This document shows, piece after piece, positions 9,873 through 18,230 of a DNA stretch of 56,870 bases. A model generated the notes under the pieces. It ran no database searches and was not told where the DNA came from. It saw only the letters and a list, made by a program, of their open reading frames with translations. The position numbers were made by a program, and so were the translations under genes. The stretch is taken from positions 1-56,870 of the forward strand of contig JAYUUM010000032.1 in assembly GCA_043754555.1 (NCBI GenBank), given 5' to 3'. The DNA comes from Arenimonas sp. (GTDB lineage Bacteria > Pseudomonadota > Gammaproteobacteria > Xanthomonadales > Xanthomonadaceae). How positions within the stretch are numbered: position 1 is the first letter of the stretch; each line of letters begins with the position of its first letter.

Positions 9873-10538
9873 CTATTTTTCCCGCCAGTGTTTGGCGCCG
9901 ATAAAAATCACCCGCAATTGCCGGACAAAGTTATCGACCATTTCTTTTTCGGCGCGCGCCTGCGCCTTGGGTAAATCCAGAATGTCGGAAGCGGCGTTCA
10001 ACATCGTGGTCACGACTAGTCCGCAAATCATTTGCAGGCTAGGCGTAGAAAGATCGGGCAAGGTGCCCAGCGCCCGCATGTCCTGCGCCATTTCGGAAGC
10101 GAAGTGGCTTTCTTCGGTACGAATCGCGTTACGAATGGCCTGCGAGCCGCCGCCGCGTTCACCGGCAATAAAACGAAATACCAGACTGCGTTCTTCGACA
10201 AAGCGTTTATAGATCAGCACCGAACCACGCAGCATATCGGTCGGTGGAATGCCATCGCGGCGCGCTTCACGTAATAAACGCCGTAAGGTCACGCCACCCA
10301 TTTCAACCAAGGCCAAGCCGAGTTGATCCATATCGCTGAAGTGACGATAAAACGCGGCGGGCACGATGCCGGCTTCGCGGGTAATTTCCCGCAGGCTCAA
10401 TGACGTAAAGCTGCGACCCTGCCCTATCAGGCTTAGCGCAGCCTCGCAAATCCGCTGCCGGGTGCGCTCTTTCTGCTCGACCCGAGTGCTTGGCGCCTCT
10501 GTTTCAATACGCACTGGCATTCGTTTACTGACAGACAA
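9873..10538 (-). CDS. fabR: TetR-family fatty-acid regulator (FabR/DesT type)
   Basis: RVEQKERTR...SLSLREITREAGIVPAAFYRHF HTH typical of FabR/DesT; divergent from the desaturase operon; TTG start with GGAG RBS. Confidence 0.85.
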   Translation of the reverse strand: MSVSKRMPVRIETEAPSTRVEQKERTRQRICEAALSLIGQGRSFTSLSLREITREAGIVPAAFYRHFSDMDQLGLALVEMGGVTLRRLLREARRDGIPPTDMLRGSVLIYKRFVEERSLVFRFIAGERGGGSQAIRNAIRTEESHFASEMAQDMRALGTLPDLSTPSLQMICGLVVTTMLNAASDILDLPKAQARAEKEMVDNFVRQLRVIFIGAKHWREK

Positions 10539-10634
10539 TCTCGACTCCAGGACTTAAAACGGCGGTTTATGAACGTTTTAAGTATAAACGATAGCCATTA
10601 TTTAGGGGTTGGAGTTGAAACTCTAGACGATATG

Positions 10635-10652
10635 AGTGAACATATGTTCACT
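10635..10652. promoter_or_regulatory. FabR/DesT operator
   Basis: Perfect 18-bp palindrome AGTGAACATATGTTCACT about 20 bp upstream of the oxidoreductase; resembles the DesT-type AGTGAAC-N4-GTT(G/C)ACT site. Confidence 0.8.
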
Positions 10653-10671
10653 GTAATTCAGGTTTGAACCT

Positions 10672-11766
10672 ATGTCCGCTCAACTCCAAGCCAAAAAACA
10701 TCGTTCGCGAGTTCGCAAATGGTTGCGGCTCCCGCTGTGGGCGCCGTTCAATAAACGCGAAACCTGGGATCGTTTAACTACTGCCGTCAATCCTTTGTGG
10801 TCATTAATGGAAGCACGTGCGCGCGTGCTGAAAGTCGTTGATGAAGCACCCGATGTAAAAAGCGTCTGGCTGAAGCCGAATGCTCGCTTCAAGGGTTTTC
10901 GTCCCGGCCAACATGTGTTGCTTGAATTAGAAATCAATGGCGCACGTCATGCACGTTGTTTCAGTTTTTCCAATGCGCCGCGTAGCGATGGGTTGATTCG
11001 TTTGACGATCAAGCAGAAAGCCAATGGTGCGGTATCAGCGGCGGCGCACGAATTGAAACCCGGACAGATCGTACGTCTGAGTCAGGCACAAGGCGCATTT
11101 GCACCGCGTAGTACGTCGAAAAAATTATTGTTGTTATCTGCCGGCAGTGGCGTAACGCCGATGATGTCGATGCTGCAAAACTTCGCAAGTGAAAAATCAG
11201 CACGGGATATTGTCATACTGCATTGTGGTCATGCCGACATCGACATTGTTTTCGCCGAAGAATTACACCAGCTCGCCTTGCAATTGCCGCAGCTGAAATT
11301 GTTTTTGCATGCCACGAAAAATCACGGGCATTTGAATAAAGAAAAAATTGCTACTCTCGTGCCAGATTGGAACGAACGCGAAACTTTGCTTTGCGGCCCC
11401 GATGGTTTTATGCAGACCGTCGAAGCCATGTTTGCCGAAGCCGGTTGCAGCGATTATTTGCAAAGCGAAAGTTTTGGCCGTCGCTCGGCACCGCTTGACC
11501 CAAATGCTGCCGAGCATGTCATTACTCGCGAACATACTGAACAAGTGTTCACCGTGCTGGCCTGGCAAAGCCTGCTCGAGGGTGCCGAGGCGGCAGGTTT
11601 GCAGCCAAAATTTGGCTGCCGCCGTGGCATTTGCCGCACCTGCCAATGTAAAAAACTTAGCGGCACCGTGACCAACCTGCTGACTGGTCAGGTTTCTAGT
11701 CCCGGCGAAGAACTGATCCAACTCTGTATCTCCACGCCGCAAAGTGCGGTCGAACTCGTTCTCTAA
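10672..11766 (+). CDS. Ferredoxin reductase (FAD/NAD binding plus 2Fe-2S), desaturase partner
   Basis: RCFSFS, GSGVTP, LLCGP and C-terminal GCRRGICRTC...C. Confidence 0.92.
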   Translation: MSAQLQAKKHRSRVRKWLRLPLWAPFNKRETWDRLTTAVNPLWSLMEARARVLKVVDEAPDVKSVWLKPNARFKGFRPGQHVLLELEINGARHARCFSFSNAPRSDGLIRLTIKQKANGAVSAAAHELKPGQIVRLSQAQGAFAPRSTSKKLLLLSAGSGVTPMMSMLQNFASEKSARDIVILHCGHADIDIVFAEELHQLALQLPQLKLFLHATKNHGHLNKEKIATLVPDWNERETLLCGPDGFMQTVEAMFAEAGCSDYLQSESFGRRSAPLDPNAAEHVITREHTEQVFTVLAWQSLLEGAEAAGLQPKFGCRRGICRTCQCKKLSGTVTNLLTGQVSSPGEELIQLCISTPQSAVELVL

Positions 11767-11786
11767 TTCAATTCAGGAATTTATGT

Positions 11787-12875
11787 ATGATTTTCAAGAC
11801 GCGACTTGAAGGCGATGCGCTTAAGGGCTTCGAAACCGAACTCGATGCCCTACGCCTAGAAGTGCTGAACGATATCGGCGAACGCGATGCCAAACATATC
11901 CGCAAGATGCGTAGCATCGTGCAGGCATCGGCCATTTCCGGTCGTGGCTTGTTGATGTTCGGCTTTGGCCCGATTAGCTGGGTCGCCGGCATCATTGGGT
12001 TGTCGCTTGCGAAGATTCTGGAAAATATGGAAGTTGGCCATAACGTTATGCATGGCCAATACGATTTCATGAATGATCCCTCGTTGAATTCGCAAACCTA
12101 TGAATGGGATATCGTTTGCGACGGTGAGCATTGGCGGCATTCGCATAATGTTGAACATCATAACCACACCAATATTCTCGGTCTGGATCACGATTTCGGT
12201 TATGGCATGTTGCGATTGACCGAATCGCAAAAATGGACACCTTCAACCTTATTTCAACCACTGTGGTATTTCCTGCTGGCAATTAATTTCCAGTGGGGCG
12301 TCGCGGTACACGACATCAAGATCGGACGCTTCGTCAAAGGCCGGATGAAATACGCCGAATTCCGTGAACGCGTCTCGCCGTTTATGAAAAAAGCCGGCCT
12401 GCAATTATTTAAGGATTATGTTCTATTCCCGGCACTCGCGTTCTGGCAATGGCCACGTGTATTACTCGGCAATTTGATTGCCAATTTGATCCGTAATGTC
12501 TGGACCAACGCAATTATTTTCTGTGGCCATTTTACTGAAGACGTGCAGACGTATACTCGCAAGGAAGTCGAAAACGAAACTCGCGGCCAATGGTATCTGC
12601 GTCAAATCCAGGGCTCAAGCAATCTCGAAGGCAGCCGCTGGTTTCATTTGTTGACCGGACACTTAAGTCATCAGATCGAGCATCATTTATTTCCGGATTT
12701 GCCGGCGCCGCGTTATGCCGAGATTGCACCGCAGGTTAAAGACATTTGCGCGCGCTATGGCGTGCATTACAACACCGGTGGCTTCTGGAAACAGTATGCC
12801 GGTGTGTTAGTGCGGATCGTGAAACATGCCTGGCCAACACGTCAGCGTTTGGTGACCACGACGTCTTCAACATAA
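11787..12875 (+). CDS. Acyl-CoA (fatty acid) desaturase, DesB-like
   Basis: Three His boxes: HNVMH, HSHNVEHH and HQIEHH. Confidence 0.93.
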   Translation: MIFKTRLEGDALKGFETELDALRLEVLNDIGERDAKHIRKMRSIVQASAISGRGLLMFGFGPISWVAGIIGLSLAKILENMEVGHNVMHGQYDFMNDPSLNSQTYEWDIVCDGEHWRHSHNVEHHNHTNILGLDHDFGYGMLRLTESQKWTPSTLFQPLWYFLLAINFQWGVAVHDIKIGRFVKGRMKYAEFRERVSPFMKKAGLQLFKDYVLFPALAFWQWPRVLLGNLIANLIRNVWTNAIIFCGHFTEDVQTYTRKEVENETRGQWYLRQIQGSSNLEGSRWFHLLTGHLSHQIEHHLFPDLPAPRYAEIAPQVKDICARYGVHYNTGGFWKQYAGVLVRIVKHAWPTRQRLVTTTSST

Positions 12876-13047
12876 TATTTGGGTGCTGCTGCGACCTCCA
12901 TGGACGGCGGAAGCGTCGAGTATGCAGATGCATTTTTCGACCTGCGCCCAAACCTTGCGATAAAGCTATGCCTAGATTATTTGTCGCCCGCAAGCGGCCT
13001 CCTACGTGTCCGTGGCGGGTGCAGCCGTCAGCGCCCCCGACAGGAAA

Positions 13048-14250
13048 TTATTTGTTTTCCTGCAATTGAAACTCACGCTCGACAATTGGCACCAGTGTTG
13101 CAGTAAAACGATTCGCTTCCGAAGCTGACAGATGTGACCACTCCGGTAATTGGTAATGCTGCATTTCCGGATAATCTTCGAAATGAATACCCCGGGTGTT
13201 AGTGCGTTTCAGCAGGACATCCCAGGTCGTCGCACGCGGAAATACTTTTTGCTCGAAAGCATAGTATTCGCCTGCGCTTGGCGGCCTGACAAACAAAATT
13301 CGCACTCCCCTCGCACGTAATTTATTGATCGCGACTTCGGCGCGGCTGATTTGCGTCTCGATCAGTTTCTGTAGCTTTTCCGGCGTATTCATCATTGGCG
13401 GAGGCGGGCCGGCAAATCTTTCCGCCCAGATGCTGCGAGCCAAGGCACGGTATTCCGGATCAACTTCCACCTTGCGCCACATACGAGAGTTACGATCCAC
13501 GTCCTGCACCATGAGTTTACGGACAGGGGTTCGTGAATGAACTCCCGGACGCGCTGGCCAAGCCTGTCTTTTGATGATGGTGTCGAGTGCAAAATCCGGA
13601 TCGTAAAAAACCAGATAAGGTTCAAATAAATGCTGGGATATCCAATGACCGCTGCGTTGCGACGGCCCTTGTTTATGATAGTAGGGAATCACGTCGGCTC
13701 TATAAGCAAAACCGCTAAAAAATAAATCTGGCGCAACCCCGACCAACAAACGACCGGTAAAATTTGGATTGTCGGCAAGATCTTCCAATACCGGAAGAGA
13801 AGAGGTTCCTTCCAAGGAAAGTTGAATGGGACGTTCACTTGTTATTTTTTCCCACACTGGCAATTGCACATCGAACAACACCCGCGATGAACCGATCAGC
13901 ACTGTTTTATTGCCTTCGCCAGTATCGATTCGACGCCGCTGCGCCGCCCACTGTCCGAGACTATTTCGATAGCCCGACGTAACACCGTAATCGCGCCAGT
14001 GCCATTCCCAACTCGCAATCATCAGTGCAAACATCACCAAGGCCGCGAGAATAATCAGCCCCCAAGGGCGTGATGGAATATCGCGTTCGGGCACCGGCTG
14101 TGCAATGCCTGGACGATCAGATGCCGTCAATCGCACAAAGCCCGGACGCCCGGCGTCGGAATTAATTACTGCAGAAGCATTGGTAGCCTCAGAATTGGCA
14201 GCTTCAGAATTGGCGGCATTAGAATTGGAAGTAGATGAAGGCATTGCCAT
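13048..14250 (-). CDS. Membrane-anchored SGNH-like (DltD/AlgJ-like) partner of the MBOAT
   Basis: Start overlaps the MBOAT C-terminus; single TM; GSSR motif and C-terminal WSHL; 15-bp tandem repeat (ANSEA) near the N-terminus. Confidence 0.65.
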   Translation of the reverse strand: MAMPSSTSNSNAANSEAANSEATNASAVINSDAGRPGFVRLTASDRPGIAQPVPERDIPSRPWGLIILAALVMFALMIASWEWHWRDYGVTSGYRNSLGQWAAQRRRIDTGEGNKTVLIGSSRVLFDVQLPVWEKITSERPIQLSLEGTSSLPVLEDLADNPNFTGRLLVGVAPDLFFSGFAYRADVIPYYHKQGPSQRSGHWISQHLFEPYLVFYDPDFALDTIIKRQAWPARPGVHSRTPVRKLMVQDVDRNSRMWRKVEVDPEYRALARSIWAERFAGPPPPMMNTPEKLQKLIETQISRAEVAINKLRARGVRILFVRPPSAGEYYAFEQKVFPRATTWDVLLKRTNTRGIHFEDYPEMQHYQLPEWSHLSASEANRFTATLVPIVEREFQLQENK

Positions 14251-15634
14251 CTCCTTGTGCAATAACAATAGCAAATGCCATCAGCGCCCATACGCTCGAC
14301 AATACAAATGCCGGTACTCGGGCAAGGAAGGACTCAAGTGTTTGTTGTCGCATCTGCCAATGCGAAAACACGATGCCACCGACAATTAACATGACCATGG
14401 TTATATGCATGGTCGGCAAAATCGGATCGGCTTTTGCATTCATGCCGAACATGCCGTTCAAGATGACCCAGGCTTTTCCAAAACTATCGGCTCGGAAAAA
14501 TACCCAGGTGATATTGATCAAGAAATAGGTCAACAGTGCAAGCAGAATAAGTGCAAAGGGTCCTGGACGATATCCGGAAAAGCGTGAACGCAAAATGCGT
14601 TCGACGGCGAGATAAAATCCGTGCAAGCCACCCCAGACTACGAAGGTCCAACTGGCGCCATGCCATAAACCCCCGAGCAGCATGGTTGTCATCAAGGCAA
14701 AGTAGGTGCGGGCTTCGCCGTGACGATTTCCGCCCAGAGGAATATACAAATAATCGCGCAACCACGATGACAGCGTTATATGCCATCGTCGCCAGAAATC
14801 CGAAAACCCGATCGCAGCATAAGGAAACCGAAAATTGTCCGGCATCGCAAAACCTAGACACATCGCCGCGCCAATGGCCGTTGTCGAATAGCCGGCAAAA
14901 TCGCAAAAGATTTGTCCGCTAAAAGCTAACGTCGCAATCCAGGAGTCCAGCAGACCGGGAACACCGCGACCGTCGTAAATCATTTCGGCGGCAGGCGCGA
15001 GAAAGCTGTCGGCCAGTACCACTTTCTGGAATAAACCCAAAGTCATTAATGCAAGACCAAAACGCAGCATGTCTGCACTGGCCTTGCGCGGTTCGACAAA
15101 TTGCGGCACAAGTTCGGTCGGACGCATGATCGGACCAGCTACCAAATGCGGAAAAAATGTCACGAATAAGGCGTAATCGAGAAAATTTTTCGCAGGTTCC
15201 GCCCGTCGTAAATAAATATCGAGCGTATACGACAAAGTGGCGAATGTATAAAACGAAATACCTACCGGCAAAATGATATCGAAAGCCGGTGCCTGGTAAT
15301 TCACACCAATGCCCGCCATCAGAGCGGTAAAGTTTTCCAGCATGAATGTGCCGTATTTGAAATAGGCCAACATGCCAAGATTCACCACCACCGACAGCAG
15401 CATCCATACTTTTCGAGCAAAGGGTTTATCTGCTTGCACCAATTTCTGCGCCGCATACCAATCCACTACGGTCGATACCCATAGCAGAATGATGAAGGGC
15501 GGATTCCATGCTGCATAAAAAAGATAACTCGCCATCAGCAAGTTAAATTTTTTCGTTGTCCATTTGAACGGCATCGCATGCAAGACAAGCACGAGCGCAA
15601 AAAACACCATAAAGGTGAGCGAGTTGAATACCAT
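14219..15634 (-). CDS. MBOAT O-acyltransferase (AlgI/PatA/DltB family)
   Basis: LPVGISFYTF, FFPHLVAGPI, DFWRRWHITLSSWLRDYLYIPLGG, GLWHGA and FIYFQF terminus. Confidence 0.94.
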   Translation of the reverse strand: MVFNSLTFMVFFALVLVLHAMPFKWTTKKFNLLMASYLFYAAWNPPFIILLWVSTVVDWYAAQKLVQADKPFARKVWMLLSVVVNLGMLAYFKYGTFMLENFTALMAGIGVNYQAPAFDIILPVGISFYTFATLSYTLDIYLRRAEPAKNFLDYALFVTFFPHLVAGPIMRPTELVPQFVEPRKASADMLRFGLALMTLGLFQKVVLADSFLAPAAEMIYDGRGVPGLLDSWIATLAFSGQIFCDFAGYSTTAIGAAMCLGFAMPDNFRFPYAAIGFSDFWRRWHITLSSWLRDYLYIPLGGNRHGEARTYFALMTTMLLGGLWHGASWTFVVWGGLHGFYLAVERILRSRFSGYRPGPFALILLALLTYFLINITWVFFRADSFGKAWVILNGMFGMNAKADPILPTMHITMVMLIVGGIVFSHWQMRQQTLESFLARVPAFVLSSVWALMAFAIVIAQGDGNAFIYFQF

Positions 15635-15758
15635 CGTTTTCCCCTGCGGCAGGTGGAATTTCGTCAGCCGTAAATTAGTAAACGCACTATCTCATAGGCA
15701 GCGGCCAGGCTGTTTCCGCTATTCCATGGCGCGATTGCGGTGTCGACCCGGTTACTTG

Positions 15759-16964
15759 CTATTGCTGCTGTAGTTCCTGCAGTCGCCCCTGCCATAACTC
15801 AATCCAGTCGGGTAAGGTGTCGGCCTTCATCGGGCGTGCAATGAAATACCCTTGAGCGAGATCACAGCCGGTTTGTTTGATCAACGTCCAGTCGTCATGG
15901 TCTTCCACCCCCTCGGCGACGACTTCCATGCCGAATTGTTCGCCTAAATTTAGACTCACGTGGTACAGGGCCAGCGCCGTCTTGTCGCGCCACGCACCAT
16001 GCACAAAGCTCCTATCTATCTTGAGCTCATCGAAGGATATATCGCGTAAATGGGTCAGTGACGAATGGCCGGTTCCGAAGTCGTCAATCGAAAGCCGGAA
16101 ACGTTTGATCCGCAAACGCGTCAAGATTTCCAGCGGCGCGCGCTGGTCCTGCATAAATCGGGATTCGGTCAGTTCCAGCACGATGTCCTGCGGTGCCACG
16201 CCCGCGGCTGCCGCTTGTTCGGCAACAAAATCGGCAAACGCAACCGACGTCAAGTTGTCCATCGACACATTGATCGCCACCTTCAGCCACAGTCCTGCGT
16301 CTTGCCAGGCTTTGGCTTGCGCCAGAGCATTGATTATGACCGTGCGAGTCAAGTCATCGATCAGACCATGCTGTTCGGCGACACCAATAAATTGATCGGG
16401 AAATACCAATCCGTCGGTCGGATGATTCCAGCGGACCAAGCTTTCGACACCTATTACAACCCCGGTTGCGACGCCTATTTTAGGCTGATAATAATTAATC
16501 AGTTCGCCATTTTGGATAGCAGCGCGCAGCTCCTCGGGCGGATAGGTTTTCCGCGGGCGTTGCGGCAGGTCGGGCGGACGCCACTGATCCGTCAATCTGA
16601 CTAAATCGGCCAAGGCAACGGGTTTTCGCAAATGCCCCAACAATGTGAGCTCATGAGCCAACACCAGCTTTTCCGCCATTTTCAGGACGCGCTCGTCTTC
16701 AACGCTAACCAAGATAAGACTGCCGTTATAGCGGTGTTCCACCAGCTTACGAACAAATTCAATGCCGTCCATTTCCGGCATGTTCAAATCCAGCAAGATC
16801 AGGTCCGGTGATCGGTCGGCGTCATCGAGCCATTGCAACACCTCGGGTCCGCTATCGCAGGTATTTACCGTCTTGAAGCCGATGCCGCGCAAAATATGCG
16901 CCAGCAGCTTTCGCATGAATTCTTCATCGTCCAGTACCAATACCCTGATGGCTGATTTATCCAT
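15759..16964 (-). CDS. REC-EAL c-di-GMP phosphodiesterase response regulator
   Basis: REC (LLDLNMP) plus EAL domain (ESLVRW, ELTES, DDFGTG, KIDRSFV, EGVE, QGY). Confidence 0.93.
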   Translation of the reverse strand: MDKSAIRVLVLDDEEFMRKLLAHILRGIGFKTVNTCDSGPEVLQWLDDADRSPDLILLDLNMPEMDGIEFVRKLVEHRYNGSLILVSVEDERVLKMAEKLVLAHELTLLGHLRKPVALADLVRLTDQWRPPDLPQRPRKTYPPEELRAAIQNGELINYYQPKIGVATGVVIGVESLVRWNHPTDGLVFPDQFIGVAEQHGLIDDLTRTVIINALAQAKAWQDAGLWLKVAINVSMDNLTSVAFADFVAEQAAAAGVAPQDIVLELTESRFMQDQRAPLEILTRLRIKRFRLSIDDFGTGHSSLTHLRDISFDELKIDRSFVHGAWRDKTALALYHVSLNLGEQFGMEVVAEGVEDHDDWTLIKQTGCDLAQGYFIARPMKADTLPDWIELWQGRLQELQQQ

Positions 16965-16976
16965 GCGCTACCTCTC

Positions 16977-18230
16977 TCAAGAATCAGCTCCATGTTTGAC
17001 GTCCCCAGTGAGTAGAGTATCCAGATAGTCGCAGACGTTGTCGAAGGCCTGTTCAAATAGCGGCATCAGAGCCGACAACATTTCGGCGTTGCCGGCCTTG
17101 CCTGCGGATTGTATTTGTTCGCAGACTTCAGCAAGCTTCAGGGCGCCGACGGCGCGAGCCGAGGAAATCAACTTATGGGCTTGCCGTGCTGCCTGTTCGG
17201 CATCTTGCCCGGCACAGGCTGCGGTCAACTCATACGATATGGCGATTGCGCTGCTTTGAAAGTCGCGCAGGAAACTCTGGATTACCTGCGGATCATTCCC
17301 AACCAGGCATTCGAGCACTTGCACGTCGAGTACCTTGCTATGCGCCATTTGCGAAGCTGCGTCGAGCAATTTCAACTCGCTCGCTTTTGCCGCTGGTAGC
17401 CATTTTTCCAGACAGGCTTTCAATTCCGCAAGCTGTATGGGTTTATTCAGATAATCGTCCATGCCCGCGCTGCGACAACGCTCGGCTTCGCCTCTGAGAA
17501 CATTGGCAGTTAAGGCCACGATTGGACTTCGGGCGGCACCTTGCTCTTTTGCGCGTATCGCGATGGCTAGTTCAAAACCGTCCAGCTCCGGCATTTGCAA
17601 GTCGGTGATCAATAGCGCGTATTTGCCGGTTTGCCAGCGTTGCAACGCAAGTTTCCCGTTGTCGACTGCATTGGCGGCAAAGCCAAGCAGAGCCAGTTGC
17701 CGCAGGATAAGTTTCTGATTGGTCACGTTGTCCTCGGCCACCAGGATTAGCTGATCATTACGATCCTCTCCATCGTTTGCTGCGGGGGCTACGTCAGCCT
17801 GCGGTGTATCAGATATTGCGTGCTCCGGGTGTGCGCTTAATGCCGGCATGCCCAAGGGCGATTCAGTCAAATCGAGAAGTCGATTGATTACCGCGTACAG
17901 CTCCTTATAGCGCAGGGGCTTGGTGATATAGCCCTCGCAACCGGCCATTTGACTCTTTTCCTGATCTTCTTTCATCGCCATCGCAGTCAACGCGATCACC
18001 GGAATGCTCGCTGTAGCGAAATCTTGTTTAAGTAGGGCGGTTGCCGCCAGGCCGTCCATATCGGGTAGCTGGATATCCATCAAAATCAAGTCGGGAAGCT
18101 CGCTTCGTGCAGCGGCCAAACCGCTTTCGGCATCCACGGCGCAAAGCACTGTATGGCGCGCGTTACGCAGCAGTAGCGAGGCCAGTTTCATATTGGCCGG
18201 GTTGTCCTCGATGACCAATATTCTAGCCAT
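16977..18230 (-). CDS. REC-REC-Hpt phosphorelay protein
   Basis: Two receivers (LMDIQLP; ITDLQMP) and C-terminal Hpt (AHKLISSARAVGA); no kinase core. Confidence 0.87.
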   Translation of the reverse strand: MARILVIEDNPANMKLASLLLRNARHTVLCAVDAESGLAAARSELPDLILMDIQLPDMDGLAATALLKQDFATASIPVIALTAMAMKEDQEKSQMAGCEGYITKPLRYKELYAVINRLLDLTESPLGMPALSAHPEHAISDTPQADVAPAANDGEDRNDQLILVAEDNVTNQKLILRQLALLGFAANAVDNGKLALQRWQTGKYALLITDLQMPELDGFELAIAIRAKEQGAARSPIVALTANVLRGEAERCRSAGMDDYLNKPIQLAELKACLEKWLPAAKASELKLLDAASQMAHSKVLDVQVLECLVGNDPQVIQSFLRDFQSSAIAISYELTAACAGQDAEQAARQAHKLISSARAVGALKLAEVCEQIQSAGKAGNAEMLSALMPLFEQAFDNVCDYLDTLLTGDVKHGADS

